IMG/VR virus record: IMGVR_UViG_3300018080_000142
Coordinates: 1-64,000 of that record
Reading direction: 5' to 3' (one strand)
Length of the DNA stretch: 64,000 nt
Source of the DNA: a virus
The translations under genes and the position numbers were made by a program. The notes beneath the pieces are model-generated. The model was not told the DNA's origin and made no database searches. It saw nothing but the letters and a program-made list of their open reading frames with translations. Shown here one piece after another: positions 50,016-57,985 of this stretch. How positions within the stretch are numbered: the stretch's first letter is position 1; each line of letters begins with the position of its first letter.

Positions 50016-50399
50016 TTAACGAGGTTCCTCCCAACGTCCGAAACTCCACACTTTTAATATCTTGGGCGGTTCACCACCACCAACACGAAGTAGAAATTCA
50101 CCATCAGATGCAACAGTATCAAGAGCCTCAGACATGGTATCAAAAGGACCATTCGTCATACCAAACCAATCCTTGAACTTAACACCTATGGCAAATGCAA
50201 TTCTACCTCTACTATCCTGAGTTTCATCCCAAAATGCTTTAGGTGCATTTTGAAGATTTATGGCTTCATTTTCGAGTTCAAGCTTGTCAAACTCTGCAGC
50301 CAGGAGAAGAATACATTTCTCAATATTACTGTTCACACCAGTATATGAATAATCACCTGTAGTCAGGATCTTTTTAATCTTTGGAAGTATTGCCATCAT
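50016..50399 (-). CDS. Hypothetical protein
   Basis: 127-aa ORF downstream of the AATTATTTTC motif. Confidence 0.5.
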   Translation of the reverse strand: MMAILPKIKKILTTGDYSYTGVNSNIEKCILLLAAEFDKLELENEAINLQNAPKAFWDETQDSRGRIAFAIGVKFKDWFGMTNGPFDTMSEALDTVASDGEFLLRVGGGEPPKILKVWSFGRWEEPR

Positions 50400-50450
50400 T
50401 ACCAGGTTTTAAATGAATAAAAGAGAATTTGAAGGGAAAATAATTGCTTG

Positions 50451-51005
50451 CTACCGACCATCACCAAGCTGCAAATTACCCGCCTTACGAACATAGTCAT
50501 TAACCACCCTGATCCGATCACCGTTGAAAATATACAACGGATTGATGAAAAATAACCACTGATACTTCGTCCGGGCAATGATCTCCGCATCCAGCAACTC
50601 AGCCAACGCACGGTAAATCGTTGCTCGAGAATACTCAGTCTTAACCTCACATTCATCTATGTCAAACAATATCTGTAACTCATCCTTACCCAACATCGGA
50701 GCAATATAAACCATCAACACATTAATAGCCTTGTCACTCACATTAACAGTCTCCTTGATAGAATCATGAAATACCTTCGTGAACTGATCATCATCAACAA
50801 CCTTCCTGGTAGCTACAAATAACGACTCACCCTCAACAACATCACCAGTCTCCTTGTCAACCAACTGACCAGTCTGAGTAATAACCTTATTAATCTTACT
50901 CTTACCCTTCTCAGCAATATGTACCGCCAACATCTTCTCAAAAGGATTCTCAAGATAAACCTTGTGATCCCTCATAGGTGTTAATTCCTTCTTGTTCTTC
51001 CCCAT
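50451..51005 (-). CDS. RepL-like replication/maintenance protein (wHTH)
   Basis: VDDDQFTKVF...SRATIYRALAELLDAEIIART....FFINPLYIFNGDRI resembles the plasmid RepL family. Confidence 0.65.
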   Translation of the reverse strand: MGKNKKELTPMRDHKVYLENPFEKMLAVHIAEKGKSKINKVITQTGQLVDKETGDVVEGESLFVATRKVVDDDQFTKVFHDSIKETVNVSDKAINVLMVYIAPMLGKDELQILFDIDECEVKTEYSRATIYRALAELLDAEIIARTKYQWLFFINPLYIFNGDRIRVVNDYVRKAGNLQLGDGR

Positions 51006-51021
51006 CCCAATATGTAGTTTA

Positions 51022-51142
51022 TCTCACAAATTTATAAATATTGAGACAAATATTCTCAGAATCCTAGACAATCTGTCTCAAACTTATCAACAATTTGAGA
51101 CGCAAAGTTGCACCAGTGAGAAACTGCGTATCGATCCTGAGA
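51022..51142. repeat. Cluster of TGAGA/TCTCA sites (iteron/operator-like)
   Basis: TCTCA at 51022, 51054, 51076 and TGAGA at 51042, 51096, 51117, 51138 (last three exactly 21 bp apart). Inverted repeat GTCTCAAA...TTTGAGAC at 51075-51101. Confidence 0.6.
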
Positions 51143-51640
51143 ATGACCCCCCATGAGTATCAGCAACTTAACCAGTTCCCCTTCTTATTCTTCAGGATCG
51201 CAGATCCAAAAATCTGCTCCTGAAAAAAAGATCCAATGCCATCATAAAAAAATCAACAGCTTTTCAACAACTGCCATCCACCAAATCCGGCAACAGATAC
51301 ACTCATAACAACCATTCAATACACTTAAACAACCTATCACAAGACTTCAATACACTTGCATCCCTATACATCCCTTAACAAAATTCACAAAATCCACCAA
51401 CAAACCACACCACCACATATACCCCATATCCCCACAACCAACATTGAATTGCCTATGTCCAGGCACGTACAGAGTTGTAGGGGATGGAAAGATTTTGTAG
51501 GTTTGTAATGGCTTTTACAAGTTCATTCAGTTCATTCCCCATTACCCAGAGCTTTGTGGAAAGGATGGTAGGGTCATTGGTCCGATCACCTTCCACAAGG
51601 CTTTTGTAATTTTTTGTGGAAAGTATGGCGGGGCCTTTTC

Positions 51641-51668
51641 AAAAAAAAGCCAGGCTTTTTGCCTGGCT
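51641..51668 (-). terminator. Intrinsic terminator
   Basis: AGCCAGGC-TTTTT-GCCTGGCT stem next to an A tract (U tract on the minus strand). Confidence 0.65.
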
Positions 51669-51756
51669 ACAATGAGACTATCGCTGGTTACAACTTAATG
51701 TGTCCCTCCACCAGCATCACAAACATCTCATCAATCATAACAATAACTTTCTTAAC

Positions 51757-51791
51757 AAAAAAAAGCCGTCAGGCTTTTACACCCAACGGCT
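51757..51791 (-). terminator. Intrinsic terminator after the SSB-like gene
   Basis: AGCCGT...ACGGCT stem plus an A tract, 10 nt after the stop at 51802. Confidence 0.6.
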
Positions 51792-51801
51792 AATTTACTC
51801 A

Positions 51802-52401
51802 TCAATCCTCGAAGTCTGCTTCGGCAGGAACCTGAGCGATCTGACGAAAGCGTGACAGTCTCAGCTGGTCACGACCGTCATATGGCTCATTGACAACGGT
51901 GACACGGAATGTCACCTGCTCATCGCGAGCCATATCCAGGCCTTCGATCAGGTTTGTCCCTTCCGGGATACCGAGCGCCATTGCAAACTGGTTTGCAATA
52001 TTGGCGCAGGTCTTCGTCTTTTCCTCATCAACTGCCCGAACCAGATCATCACCTTTCTTGGTACAAGCGTAGCCCTCTACGTTCTCATACTTTCCAGACT
52101 TGATCTGTGCCTCGGAGAGTTCTTCGTACTTGACATAACCCTCGAAGTTCAGCCTGTGAGTCAGACCGCCTGACTTCCCTTCCTCGGCATTGAGAACAGT
52201 TATCGCTAACTGTGGACAAGCGTTGGACCATGCAGGAAGCTCAGCTTTCGGCTCATGGCTGTACTGAGTAAATGAATCCAAAATTTCATAGCGAGACAAG
52301 CGAACAATGTGTTCGCCCTCACTCAGCAGATTGAATTCAGGTCTGCTGGTTTCGAATGATTGAATAATGTCATTCATGGCATAAAAGTTTAAGTTAGACA
52401 T
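51802..52401 (-). CDS. Putative ssDNA-binding protein (DUF669-like)
   Basis: LLSEGEH.V.. N-terminus, FRVTVVNEPYDGR C-terminal strand pair, acidic tail ADFED. Confidence 0.45.
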   Translation of the reverse strand: MSNLNFYAMNDIIQSFETSRPEFNLLSEGEHIVRLSRYEILDSFTQYSHEPKAELPAWSNACPQLAITVLNAEEGKSGGLTHRLNFEGYVKYEELSEAQIKSGKYENVEGYACTKKGDDLVRAVDEEKTKTCANIANQFAMALGIPEGTNLIEGLDMARDEQVTFRVTVVNEPYDGRDQLRLSRFRQIAQVPAEADFED

Positions 52402-52486
52402 CTACCGGACATGACCATGCCAAGATCATTATCCGGCGTTAACAGGAAAATAAATAACTTTTGTTGTTAAAAATAACAGCACTCGA

Positions 52487-52696
52487 CTACTCGAGTACTG
52501 TTATTAATCTCATTCCTTCTTGCCTGTCTTTCTTCCAAACAGCTTTCGAATTATTAAGACAAGCAAGGATGATAGCAACCTGGTCTGTTATACCAAGCCT
52601 CTCCTTAGCACGTTTGTACCCATGCTTTGTGAGCCTATAATTGATACCATCCACTGTCATGACCATCCAAGTATGTGTTGATGCAACATAGCACAT
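52487..52696 (-). CDS. Hypothetical protein
   Basis: LTKHGYKRAKERLG...LITVL pattern (small RelE/DUF4258-like fold possible). Confidence 0.4.
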   Translation of the reverse strand: MCYVASTHTWMVMTVDGINYRLTKHGYKRAKERLGITDQVAIILACLNNSKAVWKKDRQEGMRLITVLE

Positions 52697-52857
52697 AGCT
52701 GTCTACCATGATGTGTCTTACATATGTCCTTGTCACCCATGCGTAGCTCATTTAAAATGATCTTCACATTGACCACGTCATTGACAGCCTGCACACTCAT
52801 GTGTGCATCAAACTGATTGCTGATAATCTTTTCCATCATCATTGAGTATTGGTTCAT
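52657..52857 (-). CDS. Hypothetical protein
   Basis: First ORF of the minus arm. Confidence 0.35.
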   Translation of the reverse strand: MNQYSMMMEKIISNQFDAHMSVQAVNDVVNVKIILNELRMGDKDICKTHHGRQLCAMLHQHILGWS

Positions 52858-52989
52858 AATAAAAAATAACTTTTTTCTTTTTGGGCCCCATTATCATATA
52901 TATCAATGCCCCCCTACCCCAATTCCATTCTCGTTTTTGGAAATCCGGGCATATTACCTCGTCCACACATATTCACTATGTTGATAAGT

Positions 52990-53035
52990 TGATATCACTT
53001 TTGGGGGGTATAGCAAAAGTGATATCATATCTTTG
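52990..53035 (+). promoter_or_regulatory. Perfect 14-bp inverted repeat (operator-like) abutting a TAnnTTTG promoter element
   Basis: TGATATCACTTTTG-N10-CAAAAGTGATATCA (52990-53027), then TATCTTTG (53028-53035), then ATG at 53040. Confidence 0.65.
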
Positions 53036-53039
53036 TAAG

Positions 53040-53288
53040 ATGAGTACGAAGAAGGTCAGTTTAGGTGGGGTCAGGATAAGTCCTGACATATATGAGAAGT
53101 TAAAGGAGAGGCACAGGAAGGTAGCGAGGGTTCGGTTGCGTACTGGTAACAAGATTACATTTTCGAGTTGGGTTGAGGAATTGTTTGGGGCTTATTTGCG
53201 AGGTCAGGATTCGAGGGATGCGTTATTTAAGAATGCTGGTCAGTTACGTGGGAAGGAATTGGATGATATTATTAAATTTGAAGATTAA
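53040..53288 (+). CDS. Putative ribbon-helix-helix DNA-binding protein
   Basis: VRISPDIYEKLKE...ITFSSWVEELF (beta strand plus two helices). Start moved to ATG 53040. Confidence 0.5.
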   Translation: MSTKKVSLGGVRISPDIYEKLKERHRKVARVRLRTGNKITFSSWVEELFGAYLRGQDSRDALFKNAGQLRGKELDDIIKFED

Positions 53289-53489
53289 CTGAATAAAAGT
53301 TATCATCTTATTTAATCTATAATAAGGTGTAAAAATGGAAGATAACTCAAAAGATAGAGAAATTTTCTTTGATCCCAGTTTAACTATGGGAGAGCGAATT
53401 ATGAATCATAAGTTTGCCAGGATGGATATTTGGGAGTTTTTGGGTTGGCGTCCTGGGAAGAAACCTAAGAAGAAAAAAAAGGATAAATA

Positions 53490-53822
53490 ATGGTTACAGG
53501 TCGGGAATACAGGACAATTATGGCGCGTGGGTATATGTTCAGCAAGCGTGAGATGCACAAGTATCGTATCCGGGCTGTTTACAATGCTGTAGGTGATATT
53601 GCGGTGATGGGTGATGCATATGTAAATGATTTTGCCAGGAGGTGTACTCGGGTTGAGAATGGTGAGGTAGGTGTTATTGAGATGAATATGCGTGGTGATG
53701 GTTTGACCAAGGTTGTGAGTGTTATTGTTTTTGGTGATTTGGCAAGTTGGCATATGTTTGCGTTGCGGAACATGGATATATATGGTGGTAACAAGAAGGA
53801 TCTGGCGAGTTTGTTAAACTGA
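53490..53822 (+). CDS. Hypothetical protein
   Basis: 110-aa ORF with strongly G/T-biased codons. Confidence 0.5.
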   Translation: MVTGREYRTIMARGYMFSKREMHKYRIRAVYNAVGDIAVMGDAYVNDFARRCTRVENGEVGVIEMNMRGDGLTKVVSVIVFGDLASWHMFALRNMDIYGGNKKDLASLLN

Positions 53823-53845
53823 CAAGTTTATTAAATTGATATATT

Positions 53846-54205
53846 ATGTGGATAAGTGGATCTGAACACGACAAGGCGTTGGATAATAATTTGTATCCGA
53901 TTACTAAGAGGTTTCAAGATGAGGCTAACCGGATGAAGGCTGTAGGTATTGAACCGGCGCTTGTGATGTGTGATCCTGAGCATTTTTACATGCTGAAGAA
54001 AGAATTGTACCAGTTTACGAGCGCTAGTGTTGTTTCCCGGCGGATGGGTGTTCCCAGGCAGAGTTTTTACCTGCTTGTGATATTTGGGATTTCCTTACTT
54101 GTTCATGAGATGGCTGAGTACCGTGGTATAGATATTTTCGGTCGCATTCCGGATAAGGATTTTGACGGGAAGTTACCAACCAGAATTAAGGAACATGAGT
54201 TATAA
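53846..54205 (+). CDS. Hypothetical protein
   Basis: 119-aa ORF in operon. Confidence 0.5.
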   Translation: MWISGSEHDKALDNNLYPITKRFQDEANRMKAVGIEPALVMCDPEHFYMLKKELYQFTSASVVSRRMGVPRQSFYLLVIFGISLLVHEMAEYRGIDIFGRIPDKDFDGKLPTRIKEHEL

Positions 54206-54398
54206 GAAAGAGAGGATAGGTTACAAGACCCGGCGTGAGATTGAGATTGAGAGGGTGATAAATTACCTGAGATTAAAGAATCTGAATCCGCTCGAGGCGC
54301 TTGAATTCATCTGCAGTTTACCTGATTTGTTTGATGTTTCTGCTCCGGTTCAGGAAGGAGATAAGTTTATTTATACTGTAACAGTAAAGAAGTCATGA
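54195..54398 (+). CDS. Hypothetical protein
   Basis: Start adjusted to ATG. Coupled to the next gene. Confidence 0.45.
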   Translation: MSYKKERIGYKTRREIEIERVINYLRLKNLNPLEALEFICSLPDLFDVSAPVQEGDKFIYTVTVKKS

Positions 54399-54781
54399 AA
54401 TACAAGGTTGGTGACAGGGTAGAGATAGTTGGATATAGTGCAGCCTTCTGGTGCTATGAAGGGAAGAAACGGGGTCGGTCGAGTGGTTTTGTAATGCATG
54501 ATATGGAGCCGAAGCTTGTTGGTAAGAAGGCTACAATTATTGATTGTACTGAACCGCAACCGGGACATGAAAGTTACGCTTTGGATATTGACGGTTACGG
54601 TTACAGGGCATGGTTTGGTTTGAAACAATTAAAGAAACTGTCTATGGCAGGTTTAGTTAGACTAGCTCTTAAGAGGTTCTTCCGGACGATGGCAGACCGT
54701 CTGGAAGACCTTTTGGGAGTGATCATTATTGTACGAGGTCATAAGATGTTTGTTAAAACTGAAAAGTCCAGCAAGAGATGA
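54395..54781 (+). CDS. Hypothetical protein (KOW/SH3-like N-terminus)
   Basis: MKYKVGDRVEI...AWF..KQL. Confidence 0.5.
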   Translation: MKYKVGDRVEIVGYSAAFWCYEGKKRGRSSGFVMHDMEPKLVGKKATIIDCTEPQPGHESYALDIDGYGYRAWFGLKQLKKLSMAGLVRLALKRFFRTMADRLEDLLGVIIIVRGHKMFVKTEKSSKR

Positions 54782-54966
54782 AAGCAATAATTGTATTATC
54801 GATCATTCTGCTGGTAGCAATTGTGATCATCTTTATACTGGTGAGGGAACTTATACAGATGACCAAAAGGATTGATAAGATAACTGATATTGCTCAGAAT
54901 GCAATCAAGAGGTATTATGATGAACTTGACAAAAAACTTGAGGAAAATAGAAAAAAACCTGTTTAA
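54778..54966 (+). CDS. Small membrane-anchored coiled-coil protein
   Basis: N-terminal TM helix. Confidence 0.5.
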   Translation: MKAIIVLSIILLVAIVIIFILVRELIQMTKRIDKITDIAQNAIKRYYDELDKKLEENRKKPV

Positions 54967-55240
54967 GAAGCTACCGCCGTCAGTGACCAGATCATACTGG
55001 TGGAGGGAACAGACTCCGTGGTGGTACAAATTGATATACCGGTTCCTTCCGGGGCTTTATGTGAGGATTGAGATGTGGAGGATCTGTAGAAGCAGAAAAT
55101 ATTTTACAAGGAAATACCTGAGCGGCATGTGCGGAGATATTGATGGAGCCAAAAGGCATATTATTAAAGATAGGGAAGCTGGCAAGAATGACTTTGAAAA
55201 TATGTCCTACGAATTTAAAATAATTGATTTCAGTAGATAA
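54917..55240 (+). CDS. Hypothetical protein
   Basis: ORF filling the gap in the operon. Start uncertain. Confidence 0.4.
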   Translation: MMNLTKNLRKIEKNLFKKLPPSVTRSYWWREQTPWWYKLIYRFLPGLYVRIEMWRICRSRKYFTRKYLSGMCGDIDGAKRHIIKDREAGKNDFENMSYEFKIIDFSR

Positions 55241-55263
55241 TTTTATACTTAATACTTATTATT

Positions 55264-55749
55264 ATGAAGAATCCACAGAGAGTTATTCAGTACATCGGCA
55301 CGAAGATTATCGCTGCCATTCCAATGAACCGGGGGGAATACAACAAGTATCGCGGTTGGCAAATGCCGGAAGGTGAGGATCCTGATGATGCAGGTTATCA
55401 TGTGATGTATCTTGACGGTTACGAGTCCTGGTCACCAGCCGGGGTTTTTGAGGAAGCGTACCGGCCGACAAGCAATATGAACTTCGGTCTTGCCATCGAA
55501 GCCATGAAAAAGGGTAAGAAGGTTGCCCGGCATGGTTGGAACGGCGTGGATATGTTTTTGTTCCTTGTAACCTATAAGGAAGGAACTGTCCAGTTATTGC
55601 CAGGAACCTCACCAAAACCAGGTACTGCTGTAAAGACGGCTCCGTTACTGCCTCACATTAACATGAAAACAGCTGATGGGAGTGTTGCAGTAGGTTGGCT
55701 TGCTTCTCAGACTGACATGCTTAGTGATGACTGGTTTATAGTTGAGTGA
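55264..55749 (+). CDS. DUF2829 (Tad2-like) protein with an extra N-terminal domain
   Basis: C-terminal half MNFGLAIEAMKKGKKVARHGWNG...INMKTADG...GWLASQTDMLSDDW fits DUF2829. N-terminal half is a YIGTK...GYESWSP..VFEEAY module. Confidence 0.8.
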   Translation: MKNPQRVIQYIGTKIIAAIPMNRGEYNKYRGWQMPEGEDPDDAGYHVMYLDGYESWSPAGVFEEAYRPTSNMNFGLAIEAMKKGKKVARHGWNGVDMFLFLVTYKEGTVQLLPGTSPKPGTAVKTAPLLPHINMKTADGSVAVGWLASQTDMLSDDWFIVE

Positions 55750-56417
55750 TGGAAAAAGAAAAAAAGCCAACATATAAAGATCTCTACCTTGAGGCATGGG
55801 ATGCTTTCGAAAAATACTGGGAGGATGCGGGCATACCATGTTCAGTCAGTTGGGAATTAAATCGACCGGATAGCGGTTCATTACTGAAAGTTTATGTAAG
55901 AATACGGATAAGCATCAACCAGTATGGACCACGACTTCTGGTCCATAGTATTCAGATAATTGATCCGCTAAAAGAGGATATCTGGCTTATTGCCTTGAGA
56001 GCAATGTTGAAGGCCGGTGCTTCAAAGATCTATGAATCCATCGTACTCATGCACCGGGAAGGAGACAGCGTAATTTCCGATAGGGTATACGATAAATATC
56101 CTCTAACTCCTGATGAATGTTTTGAGAAGGAAGAACGACCGGAATTGACTGAAAGTGAAAAACCAGTTCTTCTTGAATTCTTCTCCGGTGATAAATCACT
56201 TGGCAGATATCCATGTCCTAGCAGATCATCCCATGAGGAAAGAATTCATATAGCAAATCTGCATAATGTCGGTCATTTCGACAGTTACACTTTGGACGGT
56301 GATCGGGTTAAAGTATGGAAAGTTGATAATTTGTATGTGGATGCTGAAGGCAATGTATGGAAACACAAGACGAAAAATGGAAGAAAAGGGAAAAAGGCTA
56401 AGGGATCTGGCAAGTGA
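55746..56417 (+). CDS. Hypothetical protein
   Basis: 223-aa ORF in operon. Confidence 0.5.
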   Translation: MMEKEKKPTYKDLYLEAWDAFEKYWEDAGIPCSVSWELNRPDSGSLLKVYVRIRISINQYGPRLLVHSIQIIDPLKEDIWLIALRAMLKAGASKIYESIVLMHREGDSVISDRVYDKYPLTPDECFEKEERPELTESEKPVLLEFFSGDKSLGRYPCPSRSSHEERIHIANLHNVGHFDSYTLDGDRVKVWKVDNLYVDAEGNVWKHKTKNGRKGKKAKGSGK

Positions 56418-56727
56418 ACCGAAACCGGAGTTCGCTTATTCCAAGGGTGATCTGGTCAAGTACAACGGACAGTCCTATGTCGTTTACTCACAGTTCAGGA
56501 AGGTCAGGGTCGGTCTGGGCAACTGGGAATGCGAATACCAGCTCTGCCAGCTTAATAAGGAAGGAAAACCTGACAGGCGTATTTGGGGAGCAGGATGGAG
56601 CAGGAAAAGAATAAGAGTTGTCGAGAGTCAGCTGGAACTGATAAAAGAGAAATACTACCTTGAGGAGAACCTGGGTTATCCCAGTGATGATCTACAGAAA
56701 TTTCTTCCTAGAGAAAAATTTTTGTAA
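56377..56727 (+). CDS. Hypothetical protein (KOW/SH3-like)
   Basis: YSKGDLVKYNG...VVESQLELI. Start adjusted. Confidence 0.45.
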   Translation: MEEKGKRLRDLASEPKPEFAYSKGDLVKYNGQSYVVYSQFRKVRVGLGNWECEYQLCQLNKEGKPDRRIWGAGWSRKRIRVVESQLELIKEKYYLEENLGYPSDDLQKFLPREKFL

Positions 56728-56771
56728 ATTAGCCGTGTTGATCAACAATTTATAAATTAAAACTAGATGTC

Positions 56772-56993
56772 ATGACACCAGAACCAGCAGGAAATGCACC
56801 AAAGGCAGTGCCGGTAACCGAATCTCCGGAATATCAGGCTCTACTGCAGAAGAACAAGAAGCAATCGGAAACGATTGAAAAACTTCAGCAGAAGATCGAA
56901 AATCTCAAGAACAACCAGCAAGGACTTTACACGCAGATAAAGAACTTGAAGGAGAAAGCTGGCAAACCAGCACATCCGCACATCCAGCATTGA
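56772..56993 (+). CDS. Small coiled-coil protein
   Basis: Heptad-rich 73-aa ORF followed by a terminator. Confidence 0.55.
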   Translation: MTPEPAGNAPKAVPVTESPEYQALLQKNKKQSETIEKLQQKIENLKNNQQGLYTQIKNLKEKAGKPAHPHIQH

Positions 56994-56997
56994 TTTC

Positions 56998-57037
56998 ATC
57001 CCGGTAGGTTTTTAACAGGATCTACCGGGATTTTTTT
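56998..57037 (+). terminator. Intrinsic terminator
   Basis: 10-bp stem ATCCCGGTAG...CTACCGGGAT followed by a T run. Confidence 0.8.
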
Positions 57038-57064
57038 ATTTGTTATATATAAAAATTTATTGTT

Positions 57065-57985
57065 ATGAGAATTAAGCAGTTTAAGCTCCTGTCAAGGGGT
57101 GAAGAAGGTATTCAGGTCCATGCAAAGGAATTCATTGCCGGAGAGAAATACCAGGTGATCGATGATGTGCAGAGAACGAGGAAACTCAGCGTTGATAAGC
57201 CATTGGTCGAAGAAGTTCAGAAGTTGAAATATTTCTTTCTTAATCTGACCGGACACTGGATCGAGCCTTACAGCAACCACTACGACTCCGTAGAGAAAAA
57301 AGTACTTTACGTAAAAGGCGAAGCAAAATCCAGCCACGTCATTCTGAAGGATCTCTGGAACAGAACATTCGTTACCGGTGCAACAGCCGGTGATAATGGA
57401 AGCTTTGTCATCACCGGAGAAATCGAAATCACACCGGAAAAAAAGATCGGTCTTGCCACTCCGCTTATCCATCAGGAAGATGATTTCGGTTTTCACGCGG
57501 ATTGTTTGAAAACTCTCAATGATATATCCGTAAAGATATCTGAGTACTTCGCATCGGGTACGGCACTGGTTGAAAGAAAAATCAAGGAGCTTCCGAGCAA
57601 ACCTGGTATGACTGAAGAAGAAGTTGCTGATGAAGAACTCAGCAGGATGGTGCGAAATAATATTATCGCTCCTATGGAGGGAATCTCTGCCGATGAAGGT
57701 GACGAACAATCAGATACCGGGCAACCAGCACTGAATGAAAGCACCAAGAACATTGATGGTAAGCATCTCAAGGAAGCAGGTATTGAGGAACCGGATTTCG
57801 AGCCGAAGAAACCGGATCCATACGGTCCGCCTGCAGCGACCATACCGGCAGATACCACCGGGGAAGTTCCTACACCGGCAGAACAGAAAGCAACTGATCC
57901 AGGAGATCTGAGCAGTATGGAACATTCCGAAAGCATGGGAATATCGGAACAGGATGAAAAGGAAGGTGACGAGGAAGAATGGTAA
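57065..57985 (+). CDS. Hypothetical protein with acidic C-terminus
   Basis: 306-aa first gene of the packaging operon. Confidence 0.6.
   Translation: MRIKQFKLLSRGEEGIQVHAKEFIAGEKYQVIDDVQRTRKLSVDKPLVEEVQKLKYFFLNLTGHWIEPYSNHYDSVEKKVLYVKGEAKSSHVILKDLWNRTFVTGATAGDNGSFVITGEIEITPEKKIGLATPLIHQEDDFGFHADCLKTLNDISVKISEYFASGTALVERKIKELPSKPGMTEEEVADEELSRMVRNNIIAPMEGISADEGDEQSDTGQPALNESTKNIDGKHLKEAGIEEPDFEPKKPDPYGPPAATIPADTTGEVPTPAEQKATDPGDLSSMEHSESMGISEQDEKEGDEEEW

Noticed and set aside
51006-51800. CRISPR mini-array
   Set aside because: The repeats are 5-16 bp, in mixed orientation, and lack a regular repeat-spacer pattern.
52881-53039. 5' extension of the RHH-like ORF given in the track
   Set aside because: It uses a TTG start and runs through the inverted repeat and promoter element. 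ATG 53040 is the more plausible start.
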